Shown: positions 11,786-23,356, numbered from the whole stretch's first letter. The stretch: DNA of 63,232 nt, filler included, from Octopus bimaculoides (GCF_001194135.2; 4 parts of 3 records of this genome joined end to end with filler, not necessarily neighbours in it), one strand, 5' to 3'. The notes: a model not told the origin generated them from the letters alone. A program made the numbers and translations.

Positions 11786-13308
11786 TTTGTTCAAGATGCT
11801 TTGCGTAGTTGTTTTACTTCCAACATATTTCAGAATTCTAGTGATATTTTCTCACACAAACGAAATTCTCTCCAAATTATTATCAAGTAACCATATTTAT
11901 CTAGTTTAACATGTTCTCAAATATGTGTGGTTTACTCTCTCTCTTTCTTTCCATATATATATATATATGTACATTGCTTGCTCATTTTCAAATGTCGTCA
12001 TATTGTTTCAGATGGTTATTTGGTAGCACTGACACATTTCCCTGTCTGTAACTTTGACACAAATTTTTATTTTATACTTTCACATCTCTGTCTGACAGCA
12101 CCAATAGAAAAAGAGCAAAATGAATGCAATGATTGAATGTGAATGTTGTGCTAGATTTTGGACAGTAAACACTTTTGCAAGAGTAATTTCTTTTCTTTCA
12201 ATGTATTTTACAAAAAGTTAAAAGCTACGTTACTTACTAACTGGACCTGTGAATATTTCACGGAATTAATGGTAAACTTATTGGGTTATTTCTGAAAACT
12301 TTATCCCCAAAAACCTAAAAGCGTAACCTTTGTTGTGTCTGTATCAAAAGCTATCGCTCATCTGCTAATCATTGAAAAGTGAAGGGAATTGGAATACGAT
12401 GATTACTTAATGCACTTTATATATACACTTTATCTACTTTATGCACAATTATAGAGACTTAATACACAACACTCACACTCTTTCTCTCTCATTCTTCACC
12501 TCACCTTCTTCTACTCTCTCCTTTTTCTTTCGCTCTTCACCGTTCCTTTCAACTAATCACGTGAAAGCGCTACAGACGGGCTAAGTACCGAAAGAAAAAA
12601 AACTTAGTTTAAAAAATTACACATTTCACTCACCAGCACCTCTCCCTCCCCTTCCGTATCTCCTCTGCCTATCTTCCCCACATCCCTCACCACACTACCC
12701 TCCTATTCCTCCCTTTCCCTTCAACTAATCACGTGGAAGCGTTACAGACGGGCTAAGTAACAGAGTGACAAGCAGAATTATTATAAGATTTGAAGGATAT
12801 TATGTACATATTAGAAATAAAATATTAGAAATAAAATGCCGATGAAATAAAAATACAAAGAAAAAATGGAAGAAACTTTCACAATTGTTTGCTGAAAGCT
12901 TTTCTAAAAACGAACAGCGATATAAACGTGATCTAAAACCACTGGGAGTGTGTTTATATTTTATTGACAATCTAACTTTTCTTGAATATATCAGTTACAA
13001 CACAACTATTTAAAAAAGGTAGAGGCAGCAATCATTCGTGAATGAGTATGGCTTGGTCGCTTGTACCATGCTTTTGCGAGCTGTTTTAAGTACCTATGTA
13101 GTTATGGGTAGACACAGACACCGTTGCAGACCCTACAACGTTTGGAGCCATCAGAATATCTAAGATGTTCAGCTGGACGGAGACAGGACAGTACCAACAC
13201 CTGACTGGTATTCATTTATAGTTGAATAGACAGAGGAAGGTAAGGTCATGTGATCATGAGTCTTGCTCAAGAACACAACACACTGCCTGATCTAGGAATT
13301 GAATTCTC

Positions 13309-13955
13309 AGGCGTGGCTGTGTGGAAAGCAGTTTGGTTCTCACCCACATTGTTGCGGGTTCAGTTTCACTGCGTGGCACACGTCTTGTTCTATAGCCCCA
13401 AGTCCTACCAAAGCTTCGTGAGTGGATTTGGTTGACGGAAACTGAAAGAAACCCATCGTCTATCTATCTATCTATCTATTGAAAGAACCTACCGTGTGTG
13501 TGTGCGTGTGTATGTGTGTGCGTGTGTATGTGTGTGTGCGTGTGTATGTGTGTGTGCGTGTGTATGNNNNNNNNNNTGTATGTGTGTGCGTGTGTATGTG
13601 TGTGTGCGTGTGTATGTGTGTGTGCGTGTGTATGTGTGTGTGCGTGTGTGTTTGTATAGCCCAAGGTGGTGCTCCAGCATGGCCGCAGTCAGATAACTGA
13701 AGCAAATAAAAGAAAAAAAGAATATATGTATGTGTGTGTGTGTGTGTGTTTGCGTTGTTTGTCTTTACCACCGCTTCACGATCGGTGTTGGTTTGTTAAT
13801 GTCTCCGTAACTTAGTAGTTCGGCAAAATAGACCGTGAGAATAAGTACCAAACTTTAAAAAAGATAAAAGTATTGGAGGTCGATCTGTTCAATTAAAACC
13901 CTTCAAGGCGGTGCCCCAGCATGGCCGCAGTCCACTGACTGAAACAAATAAGTAA
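13309..13955 (+). mobile_element. SINE-A cluster (5' half, minisatellite, two 3' parts)
   Basis: Similarity to SINE-A; (GTGTATGTGTGTGC)n-like interior. Confidence 0.7.
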
Positions 13956-14765
13956 TTGAACTATAAGGCGTACACCTTCACAACGGAGTCATGTATCTTC
14001 TTGTTCCACATAAAATATCGTAGAAAGCAAACACAAAAATGGAATATTTCTAATTTTCTGTTTGATTAAACAATTGTTTAAATAATATTTACCTTATTCT
14101 TTCCCTGTTATATCTATCTTTCTATCTCATCAGCACCTTTAAAAGATTGTGCTCAATCACTTTTAACGAATTTTTGTAAGCATTTCGAAACTTTCAAGTC
14201 GCCTACCTATTTCTTTATTTATTGTAAACGGATTTGAAGAGCGAAAAGTTATCAATTGTCCACTCCTTAATTGAAGCTACCAAATTGTTTACCGAGTGAA
14301 ACACCTCCCACTTAACATTTTACCAACAAGCAGAGATCTTTAATGTCAATTCTAGGAATTCAAGATGAACATTTCTGTAGGTGTTAAATAGATAATTAAG
14401 CAGTTAATTACCTATACAATAGAGAAATAAATAATCAACAGACAGAATTATCTATACAGTTAACTACAACTTATAACAATAACATCCTGAATTGTTTAGT
14501 ACTTTTCAATTAACTGGACGATAAACTGGGAAACTCAGACGATTGGCCGAAATATTTGGCGATATTTGGTTACGTCGTTTTTATGTTCTGACTTGAAATC
14601 CTACCAAAATGGACTTTGTTTTTGTTTCTCATCCTGCAGTGTTTAATGAAATCAAATACCCATAAAAAATTGCAATTTATTTACATTCTTATAATGCATT
14701 GCGTTTTAAAATAATAATTTTCATACATATTTCTCCAAGAAAGCTATCTTAAGATTTCGGAAATT

Positions 14766-14848
<83 letters not shown>

Positions 14849-15477
14849 TATATAAATATATATAATAGTGGTACAACAAGGCACCAATATTTACTGGAAA
14901 TAGCAGTGGATAAATTTACGACGCTATAGTAAAGCTTCACTGTATATATACTGGCAAAGATGTGTGCGGGCAGCGAACAGAAAAAAATTTCGTGTTACCT
15001 CTTGGAAGAACATTAGATATATGGACAACCAAGAATCGAATAATCTAGTACCTAGGTTTCGGACTCTTCAAGTACGTTTGTTATCGTAAATTTGATTAGT
15101 GTTCTTCAGTTAGATTTACCTGGACAATATTTCAAATGTTGCTACATCAGGGGGCAGTATACTTGCCCGAAAGCCTAACCGTTAACAGAACCGAAAAGAG
15201 TGAAAAAGTTTTCAATGAAAAAATAAAATATTGCAATTCAAATGTATTACTGTCCAGTTAAATAAAGCGCCGTAAAAGTAGAAGTATGATATGCATGCGC
15301 GCGCACACACACACACACACCCATATATATATATATATATAGATATATATATATACACACACAAAATATGGGGGCTTACTTCACAGGTGATATAAACGAC
15401 TAGGTACGCGGGGTAAGTAGTGTAACGGATTATCAGGGCTCCAAGGTCATAGCCGAGACGGGAGTTATGGAACCATT

Positions 15478-15847
15478 CTCTTTTACTCTTGCATTTAGTC
15501 GAACAAATCGACCTGAAAACTCATTTTTTGTAAGCCTAGTACTTATTCTATCGGCCTCTTTTGCCGAACCGCTAAGTTTCGGGGACGTAAACACACCAAC
15601 ATCAGTTGTCAAGTGATGGTGGTGGTGGGGGGGGGGGACAAATACAGACGCACAAACATACACACACACATATATATATATATATGTATACGACGGGATT
15701 CTTTCAGTTTCCGTCTACCAAATCCACTCACAAGGCTTTAGTCGGCTTGAGGTTATAGCAGAAGACACTTACCCAAGGTGCCACACTGTGGGACTGAACT
15801 CGGAACTATGTGGTTGGTAAGCAAGCTACTTACCACACAACCACTCC
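15478..15847 (-). mobile_element. SINE-A
   Basis: Reverse-complement match to 20788-21189. Confidence 0.85.
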
Positions 15848-17050
15848 TGGATATAATATTGTTAAAGAGGACAACAAACGCTAAGGCAAGACAAACATCT
15901 CCAAGTCATGCACGTTATTATTATTTGAAAAATTCAAAGTCTTACAGCTGTTTCTGGGATATCCCAAAGTATGGGATATTCCGTCATCGGAGACAAATAG
16001 GGAAAATGTGAATGGTATAGATTAATGAAACGATGACATAGAGGATAGGAGAAAAGGAATAAAAAAATGAAGAAAAAAAAAATAAAATAAAAGTTCACTG
16101 TTCAACTTTCCGATAGTATAGATGTTAGTACATAAGTCCTTTGGTATAATCATGTGTGAATCCATGTGTGGTTATTGCCTTAATAGTGTAAAATAGTGCA
16201 AATATCCAGACATAAATGCGAACGTATCGAAGTTTCGTAAGAGAATGGTAGCGGAGGTATCTGTGAAGGGATAAAGAGAAAGTAAAATAAATAGAAAGAG
16301 AAGAGGGTATTAGATATGGGAGCAGGTGGTACAGAAAGTGGAGGAGGAAAGCAAAGATTGGTATGAAGGATAAAACAAGGTATAATGAAAATACATATAA
16401 TGTACAAAAATATACAAGAAGATAAATAAATATATAAGGGTGAAAAAGGAGAGAGGATGAGGTAAAGGAAGATAACATAGAAATATACAAATAAGTAAAA
16501 TGCAAGGGATTCAAAGAGAATAGTAGGTGCCAGTGTTATTATTCTAGTTTGTGGCGGTTGAGAAGGAAATCTAGTAGTAAGTGTTTGTGTCCGTTTTAAG
16601 GCTAAGGTCAGTGGCTGTAGAAATACTTTTAGCTATGGGGGTGTGAGTATGTAGGTAGTCGTGAATGAAGAAACCAGCTGAATGTTAAAATATTTAGGAA
16701 TAAGAGTTACAACTAAATATTAGGGGATTTAATAAATTAAGGCTTAGAAATAAAGATAAAATTAAAGAATTAACAGTTATTTTCTAAGGTACTAATGTTG
16801 AAAGAAAAGATATACAAGCGTATGTATTAACGATCATGGAAGTATGTATGTAAGTGTTATGTGTGGGGGTTCATTTCTTTATTCTTTTTCTCCTGTCCTC
16901 TATGCCATTGTTTCATCAATCTATACCATTCACATTTTCCCTATTTGTCTTCGATGACGGAATATCGGAGTCACAGCTGTAAGATTAAATTTTTCCGATA
17001 ATAATAACGTATATGTTTGTCTTGCCTTAGCGTTTGTTGTCCTCTTTAAC

Positions 17051-17060
<10 letters not shown>
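15846..17060 (-). mobile_element. Penelope-like relic with inverted pseudo-LTRs (family C)
   Basis: 15846-16070 and 16870-17060 are about 200-bp inverted repeats, each carrying an HHR-like motif; pyrimidine-rich UTR-like tract on the - strand between them. Confidence 0.65.
15939..15994 (-). ncRNA. Minimal hammerhead-like motif, family C (U4C in core)
   Basis: Minus strand: GTCT CCGATGA C GGAATATCCCA tactt TGGGATATCC CA GAAA CAGCTG TA AGAC; stem I GTCT/AGAC; palindromic stem III ACAGCTGT; GUA site. Confidence 0.6.
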
Positions 17061-17096
<36 letters not shown>

Positions 17097-17400
17097 TGTC
17101 TCCTCCACAGATCAGATGTCTCTTAAGATCACAGTCCGTATTCCTGGGACGATTACAGTGTAGTCCGTAGTATCAGTGAGCATCGGGTAGATCATCTTCA
17201 TAGATTCATTTTTGGTGCCCTTCACCATCAGACAATAAACTACAACTTGTAACAATAGAATCCTGAATTGTTCAGTACTTTTCAGTTAATTGGGTGATAG
17301 ACTGGGAAACTCGTTAGACAACTGGTCAAAATATTTGGCGATATTAGTTACGTCTTTCTGAGTTGAAATCCAACCATATACGTGTATATGCATGTATACA

Positions 17401-17597
17401 CGAAAGGGTGTTGAAAAGTTCCTGGCTTTAATGGTACCCCGAAAGGCCTGGCTGGGGACCCAACCTTCGGAGTTTTTTTTACAAGTCTAAGAAAAAGAAG
17501 GATGTTAATCTGAGAGGGGAAAATGTTGAATAAAATCAAAATTGAACGTCCTGTGTTTTCTTTTACCCAAAGCCAAGAACTTCTCAACACCCCCTCG
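17401..17597 (+). mobile_element. Internally deleted mariner (MITE)
   Basis: About 29-bp TIRs CGAAAGGGTGTTGAAAAGTTCCTGGCTTT / rc CGAGGGGGTGTTGAGAAGTTCTTGGCTTT; TA on the right, CA on the left; internal LRGENVE* resembles the mariner C-terminus. Confidence 0.8.
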
Positions 17598-17660
17598 TAT
17601 GTCTGTTTATGTATATGTGTAATGTATATATACACACACATATATATATATATTCTTTAG

Positions 17661-17808
17661 GTAAACCCGTTCCAAGACCGAATATGTCAAGTATTCTCAA
17701 CCAATGACAATGGAGCCTTAACATTTGAAGATTTCCTCGATATGTTATCTGTGTTTAATGATAAATCTACATTAGAAACGAAACTGGAATACGCATTCCG
17801 CATTTATG
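17661..17808 (+). CDS. CIB1: CIB1-like gene, coding exon 4 (148 bp; VNPFQDRICQVFSTNDNGALTFEDFLDMLSVFNDKSTLETKLEYAFRIY)
   Basis: ttctttAG acceptor, G|GTGAGT donor, phase 0 to 1; close match to recalled human CIB1 NPFKERICRVFST...LSFEDFLDLLSVFSD...YAFRIF, including the EF-hand-like loop. Paralogue assignment not tested. Confidence 0.97.
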
Positions 17809-17919
17809 GTGAGTGATTTTCTTTGTTGCTCTTACATCATCTCTACGTCTCCCGCCTTATTTAATTCGCAAAGTACACCATCATGACCTTGTCTACTATC
17901 ATCGTTACAACATTATTTA

Positions 17920-18749
17920 CATTATTTACATTTGACGGATATTTGTCCTCATCTTGTTTGTTGTTAACACAACGTTTCGGCTGATATACCCTCCAGCCTT
18001 CATCAGGTGTCTTGGGAAAATTTTGAACCTGGGTTTTCATTCCTAAGGTATCTCGGGGTTAGTAGCCCGCGCTCTTAACCACTACGCCATATGCCCGTGG
18101 GCAATTATGGAGTGAATTTTTAGGGCTTATAAATCTAATATTTTCCTATCCTTCCTTAATACGAGTTCCCATATGCTGTTCATATCTGCACTCGGTCTGC
18201 TTAGGGGGTTGTTGTGTCCTAGCATATGTGCTGCTTCTTTTAGTTTTCGTACTTTCCAGTAGTGTTCTCTGTCTATTATTCTAACTTCATCCCACAGGTG
18301 GAGGTGGTCTCCATTTTTTCATACATGATCAGCTATCCCCGATTTATCAATATCTCCCCGTGTCACAGCTTTGCGATGTTCCTCGACCCTTATTTCGAGG
18401 GGCGGCATGTTTCGCCTTTGTATAACTTACCACAGCTGCATGGGATGGAGTACACGCAGTTCTTGGTCATATTCTCTTCTATTGGTGGTTTTACTCGAAG
18501 GAGATATTTGCGAAGTGCTGTATTACTTTTGAATACTGTCCTGATGTCATATGGGTCGCATATCTTTTGTATCTTTTCGGAGAGGCCTTTCACATAGGGT
18601 AGACAGACTGTGAACAGTTTATCGGTTTCATCATTCTCTTTTCTTCAGTTATGAAGAAAAGTTTATCGGTTTTATCCTCTTCAGATATGAAGAAAAGAGA
18701 GGACGAAACCGATAAACTGTTCACATTCTGTCTACCCTATGTGAAAGGC
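17920..18749 (-). mobile_element. Penelope-like element 3' end (GIY-YIG endonuclease, 3' UTR, pLTR; family A)
   Basis: LPYVKGLSEKI...VYSIPCSCGKLYKGETCRP/..RVEEH...IADHV*...WDEVRIIDRE...RKLKEA...* (stop near 18130); pLTR about 17920-18050 matches 27830-27960 in inverted orientation. Confidence 0.9.
17966..18011 (-). ncRNA. Minimal type I hammerhead ribozyme, family A
   Basis: GACAC CTGATGA A GGCTG gagggtatat CAGCC GAAA CG TT GTGTT: intact core, 5-bp stems I and II, ACGT palindromic stem III, GUU site. Confidence 0.8.
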
Positions 18750-19450
18750 NNNNNNNNNNNNNNNNNNNNNNNNNNNNNNNNNNNNNNNNNNNNNNNNNNN
18801 NNNNNNNNNNNNNNNNNNNNNNNNNNNNNNNNNNNNNNNNNNNNNNNNNNNNNNNNNNNNNNNNNNNNNNNNNNNNNNNNNNNNNNNNNNNNNNNNNNNN
18901 NNNNNNNNNNNNNNNNNNNNNNNNNNNNNNNNNNNNNNNNNNNNNNNNNNNNNNNNNNNNNNNNNNNNNNNNNNNNNNNNNNNNNNNNNNNNNNNNNNNN
19001 NNNNNNNNNNNNNNNNNNNNNNNNNNNNNNNNNNNNNNNNNNNNNNNNNNNNNNNNNNNNNNNNNNNNNNNNNNNNNNNNNNNNNNNNNNNNNNNNNNNN
19101 NNNNNNNNNNNNNNNNNNNNNNNNNNNNNNNNNNNNNNNNNNNNNNNNNNNNNNNNNNNNNNNNNNNNNNNNNNNNNNNNNNNNNNNNNNNNNNNNNNNN
19201 NNNNNNNNNNNNNNNNNNNNNNNNNNNNNNNNNNNNNNNNNNNNNNNNNNNNNNNNNNNNNNNNNNNNNNNNNNNNNNNNNNNNNNNNNNNNNNNNNNNN
19301 NNNNNNNNNNNNNNNNNNNNNNNNNNNNNNNNNNNNNNNNNNNNNNNNNNNNNNNNNNNNNNNNNNNNNNNNNNNNNNNNNNNNNNNNNNNNNNNNNNNN
19401 NNNNNNNNNNNNNNNNNNNNNNNNNNNNNNNNNNNNNNNNNNNNNNNNNN

Positions 19451-19485
<35 letters not shown>

Positions 19486-19590
19486 GGGAGAATATACGAA
19501 AAAACAACAACAGACGAGGACAGGTGGTGTAAATAACAAAAGGATGTATTAGTATGACGCTCGGGAATACGGAAAGTCTTTGACGTTTCG
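19486..19590 (-). mobile_element. PLE pLTR fragment, family B (3' half of HHR, GUC site)
   Basis: Reverse-complement match to 23215-23320; reads GAAA CG TC AAAGA on the - strand and is truncated just 5' of GAAA. Confidence 0.65.
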
Positions 19591-20787
19591 TGTTGACCGG
19601 ACTTCACACAAAGTAAAGCGTTTGTTTCCTCTACATGAGATTACTTAAATAAAGTATCACATAACTGTTTTATGATAAATAAATACGGACACTACAAATT
19701 TTTTATGAAAGTAATCAGTTCTATTTAAGAAGCTAAATCCATTGCAACAGTGACTCATAGTAAAACCAACTGATTTTTATGTCTACCATCGAAACAACAG
19801 ATAGAGAAAACATGACTGAAATCGAAATTAATGCCACTTCCTGATAAGAAGTCCTTGACTATATGGTTCTTGGATTCTTTCCCACGCAGGTAAAGCAACA
19901 AATGCAAAATGAGTTAAATTTACCATGCGTAATTCAGCGCAATTTCTGAGAAGTTTACAATGGTTTCTAGCATTTAAAATGCATGATAAATACCACGCCT
20001 CTTCTAAAAACTGATATCAACGAAAATTCCACGATGTAAGAGAAATAAAAGAAATTTAGTGATTATTTATTTAGTATGAATTAGTGACATATTGATTTCA
20101 AAAGCCTCCACAAAATAGCATGTGATTTTAAAAGAATCCCAAATTAGAGACACTCCCGCATTTATGTAGAAACCACGCCTACTCGCCACAGCTCTTCTTT
20201 CATTTACTGTTTCACTAGTTCAATCTGTTGATGGATCATATTTAAATATGATAATCTTCTCTTACTCCAAAAGCAACTACGGGCGGCTGCACTAACAGTC
20301 GCCAGTTCAAATTTCCCACGAAATATGATGATCAAAAAGGAAACGTATGATCATTAATTGATAAAAAAAAAAAAAAAACATTTAGACATAGTTAAACGCT
20401 TAGATTTCTTTTCATTCAATTAGATTCCTTTCTTACTTGGAAATTTCACTTAAAATGTTTTTTTCTTTCTTTTTTTCTTTTTGATCGCGGATCAACACTG
20501 ATCTATGACTAAAAAAGTTTCCAACCGTGACTATTCTGTTTTTTTCCATGCATAATTTATTCAGATTACATTATGTAATACATCCGTCACATTCTTAAGG
20601 CAGTAAGAAGTGATCTGAGAAATATTGACTGCTATTTTTAGCTGCTCCAGCGCCCATTGGCAGCAAAGTGGTGGGGTACACTTATAGTACCAAGGGTGAA
20701 TTACGAGTTTACAAACCACTTTTTGATCGGGTGAGGCCTTTGTACCGAGAAAAGGGAAAAACTTCTGCGTTAAAAATTCATAGTTGC

Positions 20788-21189
20788 AGGAGTGGCTGTG
20801 TGGTAAGTAGCTTGCTTACCAACCACATGGTTCCGGGTTCATTCCCACTGCGTGGCACCTTGGGCAAATGTCTTCTACTATAGCCTCGGGCCGACCAAAG
20901 CCTTGTGAGTGGACTTGGTAGACGGAAACTGGAAGAAGCCTGTTGTATATATACTATATTTATGTATATGTGTGTATGTGTTTGTGTGTCTGTGTTTGTC
21001 CCCACAACATCGCTTGACAACCGATGGTGGTGTGTTTACGTCCCCGTAACTTAGAGGTTCGGCAAAAGAGACCGATAGAATAAGTACTAGGCATCCAAGG
21101 AATAAGTCCTGGGGTCGATTTACTCGACTAAAGGCGGTGCTCCAGCATGGCCACAGTCAAATGACTGAAACAAGTAAAAGAGTAAAGAG
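20788..21189 (+). mobile_element. SINE family A, full-length reference copy
   Basis: tRNA-like head (GTGGTAAG...GGTTCATTCC), internal TA/TG microsatellite, AAAAGAGT tail; about 17 related copies in the window. Confidence 0.9.
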
Positions 21190-22757
21190 GCATGTAACTT
21201 AAAATACTGTTTTGATCTTAAGGGTTAAACTGTTCTTAGTTTTGAAAGGGGCTTTAGACTTCTCCAGGCAACGATTACACGTTTTTAACGGTCAAACATT
21301 TCATCCGCAGGTAACCCATCCTATCAAAATCACAAATCATGTAAACAAACTCTAACAATCCTACCCTTAACGCTGCTCACAGTGAACTATTAGACTGAGG
21401 AGACCTTTATATATATATCGGAAGCCTTATCAGCAAAGTCGGTGGAGCAAAAAAGAAAAGAAAGAAAGAAAAAAATGATAAGACGTTCAAACAGATGTGT
21501 AACCAAAGCGCGAGGAGTATTTTACAAGACTTCAAGCGATCTGAAAGTCTAGGCAATATTGACTTACGATTAAAACTGGACTCTATGACAATGGTATCAA
21601 AATTTGTCCTAATGACTGGCTTAGGAGGTTGAAGAGATAAAAGAGGTCATGAATAAAATTATTAATTTCTACAATGGGTGTCTAAGGGAATAAGTCTGTT
21701 ATGTCTGTGTACCAACATGTCAAATGAAAAGTAGTATCGTAAAGCTGTTGGAGGCGCAATGGCCCAGTGGTTAGGGCAGCGGACTCGCGGTCATAGGATC
21801 GCGGCTTCGATTCCCAGACCGGGCGTTGTGAGTGTTTATTGAGCGAAAACACCTAAAAGCTCCACGAGGCTCCGGTAGGGGATGGTGGCGAATCCTGCTG
21901 TACTCTCTCACCACAACTTTCCCTCACTCTTNNNNNNNNNNNNNNNNNNNNNNNNNNNNNNNNNNNNNNNNNNNNNNNNNNNNNNNNNNNNNNNNNNNNN
22001 NNNNNNNNNNNNNNNNNNNNNNNNNNNNNNNNNNNNNNNNNNNNNNNNNNNNNNNNNNNNNNNNNNNNNNNNNNNNNNNNNNNNNNNNNNNNNNNNNNNN
22101 NNNNNNNNNNNNNNNNNNNNNNNNNNNNNNNNNNNNNNNNNNNNNNNNNNNNNNNNNNNNNNNNNNNNNNNNNNNNNNNNNNNNNNNNNNNNNNNNNNNN
22201 NNNNNNNNNNNNNNNNNNNNNNNNNNNNNNNNNNNNNNNNNNNNNNNNNNNNNNNNNNNNNNNNNNNNNNNNNNNNNNNNNNNNNNNNNNNNNNNNNNNN
22301 NNNNNNNNNNNNNNNNNNNNNNNNNNNNNNNNNNNNNNNNNNNNNNNNNNNNNNNNNNNNNNNNNNNNNNNNNNNNNNNNNNNNNNNNNNNNNNNNNNNN
22401 NNNNNNNNNNNNNNNNNNNNNNNNNNNNNNNNNNNNNNNNNNNNNNNNNNNNNNNNNNNNNNNNNNNNNNNNNNNNNNNNNNNNNNNNNNNNNNNNNNNN
22501 NNNNNNNNNNNNNNNNNNNNNNNNNNNNNNNNNNNNNNNNNNNNNNNNNNNNNNNNNNNNNNNNNNNNNNNNNNNNNNNNNNNNNNNNNNNNNNNNNNNN
22601 NNNNNNNNNNNNNNNNNNNNNNNNNNNNNNNNNNNNNNNNNNNNNNNNNNNNNNNNNNNNNNNNNNNNNNNNNNNNNNNNNNNNNNNNNNNNNNNNNNNN
22701 NNNNNNNNNNNNNNNNNNNNNNNNNNNNNNNNNNNNNNNNNNNNNNNNNNNNNNNNN

Positions 22758-23089
22758 ATATATATATATATATACAACGGGCTTCTTTCAGTTTCCGTCT
22801 ACTAAATCCACTCACAAGGCTTTGGTCAGCCAGGGACTTTAGTAGAAGACACTTGCCCAAGGAACTGAGTCCAGAACCATGTGGCTGGTAAGCAAGCTAC
22901 TTACCACACAGCGACTCGTACGATTTTTATTTTATATACCGACTAAAGACATTTACGATGTGTATGTGTGTGTTTGCATGTATATTAAGTAACGTTGCAT
23001 TTATGAGAACACATACATGTACTTATAAAAAAGCATAAACATACATGTGTATAACTGTGTATGCAGGTAAAAGCACATACATACATACA

Positions 23090-23120
<31 letters not shown>

Positions 23121-23318
23121 CGTTGACCAAACACCATTCAATTTTTCTCTCCGTGTTTTTCTCCTTGTTTTCTCCTTGTTTCCTCCGTATTCTTTCTGTT
23201 GAAGAGCGTAGCTCGAAACGTTAAAGACTTTCTATATTCCCGAGTGTCAAACTAATACATCCTTTTGTTGTTTACACCACCTGTCCTCGTCTGTTGTTGT
23301 TTTTTTTCGTACATTTTC

Positions 23319-23356
<38 letters not shown>

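Noticed and set aside
15043-15075. Minus-strand TTGAAGA GTCC GAAA CCTAGG TA
   Set aside because: Stem II is only 4 nt and stem I does not pair; at most a decayed remnant.
21529-21690. Possible CIB exon 5: DFKRSESLGNIDLRLKLDSMT aligns with CIB1 at D1, F2, L8, D12, L13, T21, with EVEEIKEVMNKII in a neighbouring frame
   Set aside because: AAG acceptor, in-frame TGA at 21630, EF-loop acidic residues absent, 10-nt spacing excess and no donor at the expected position; probably chance.
21750-21825. tRNA-like cloverleaf
   Set aside because: Continues into the SINE-B body shared with 24752 and 29505; a SINE head, not a tRNA gene.
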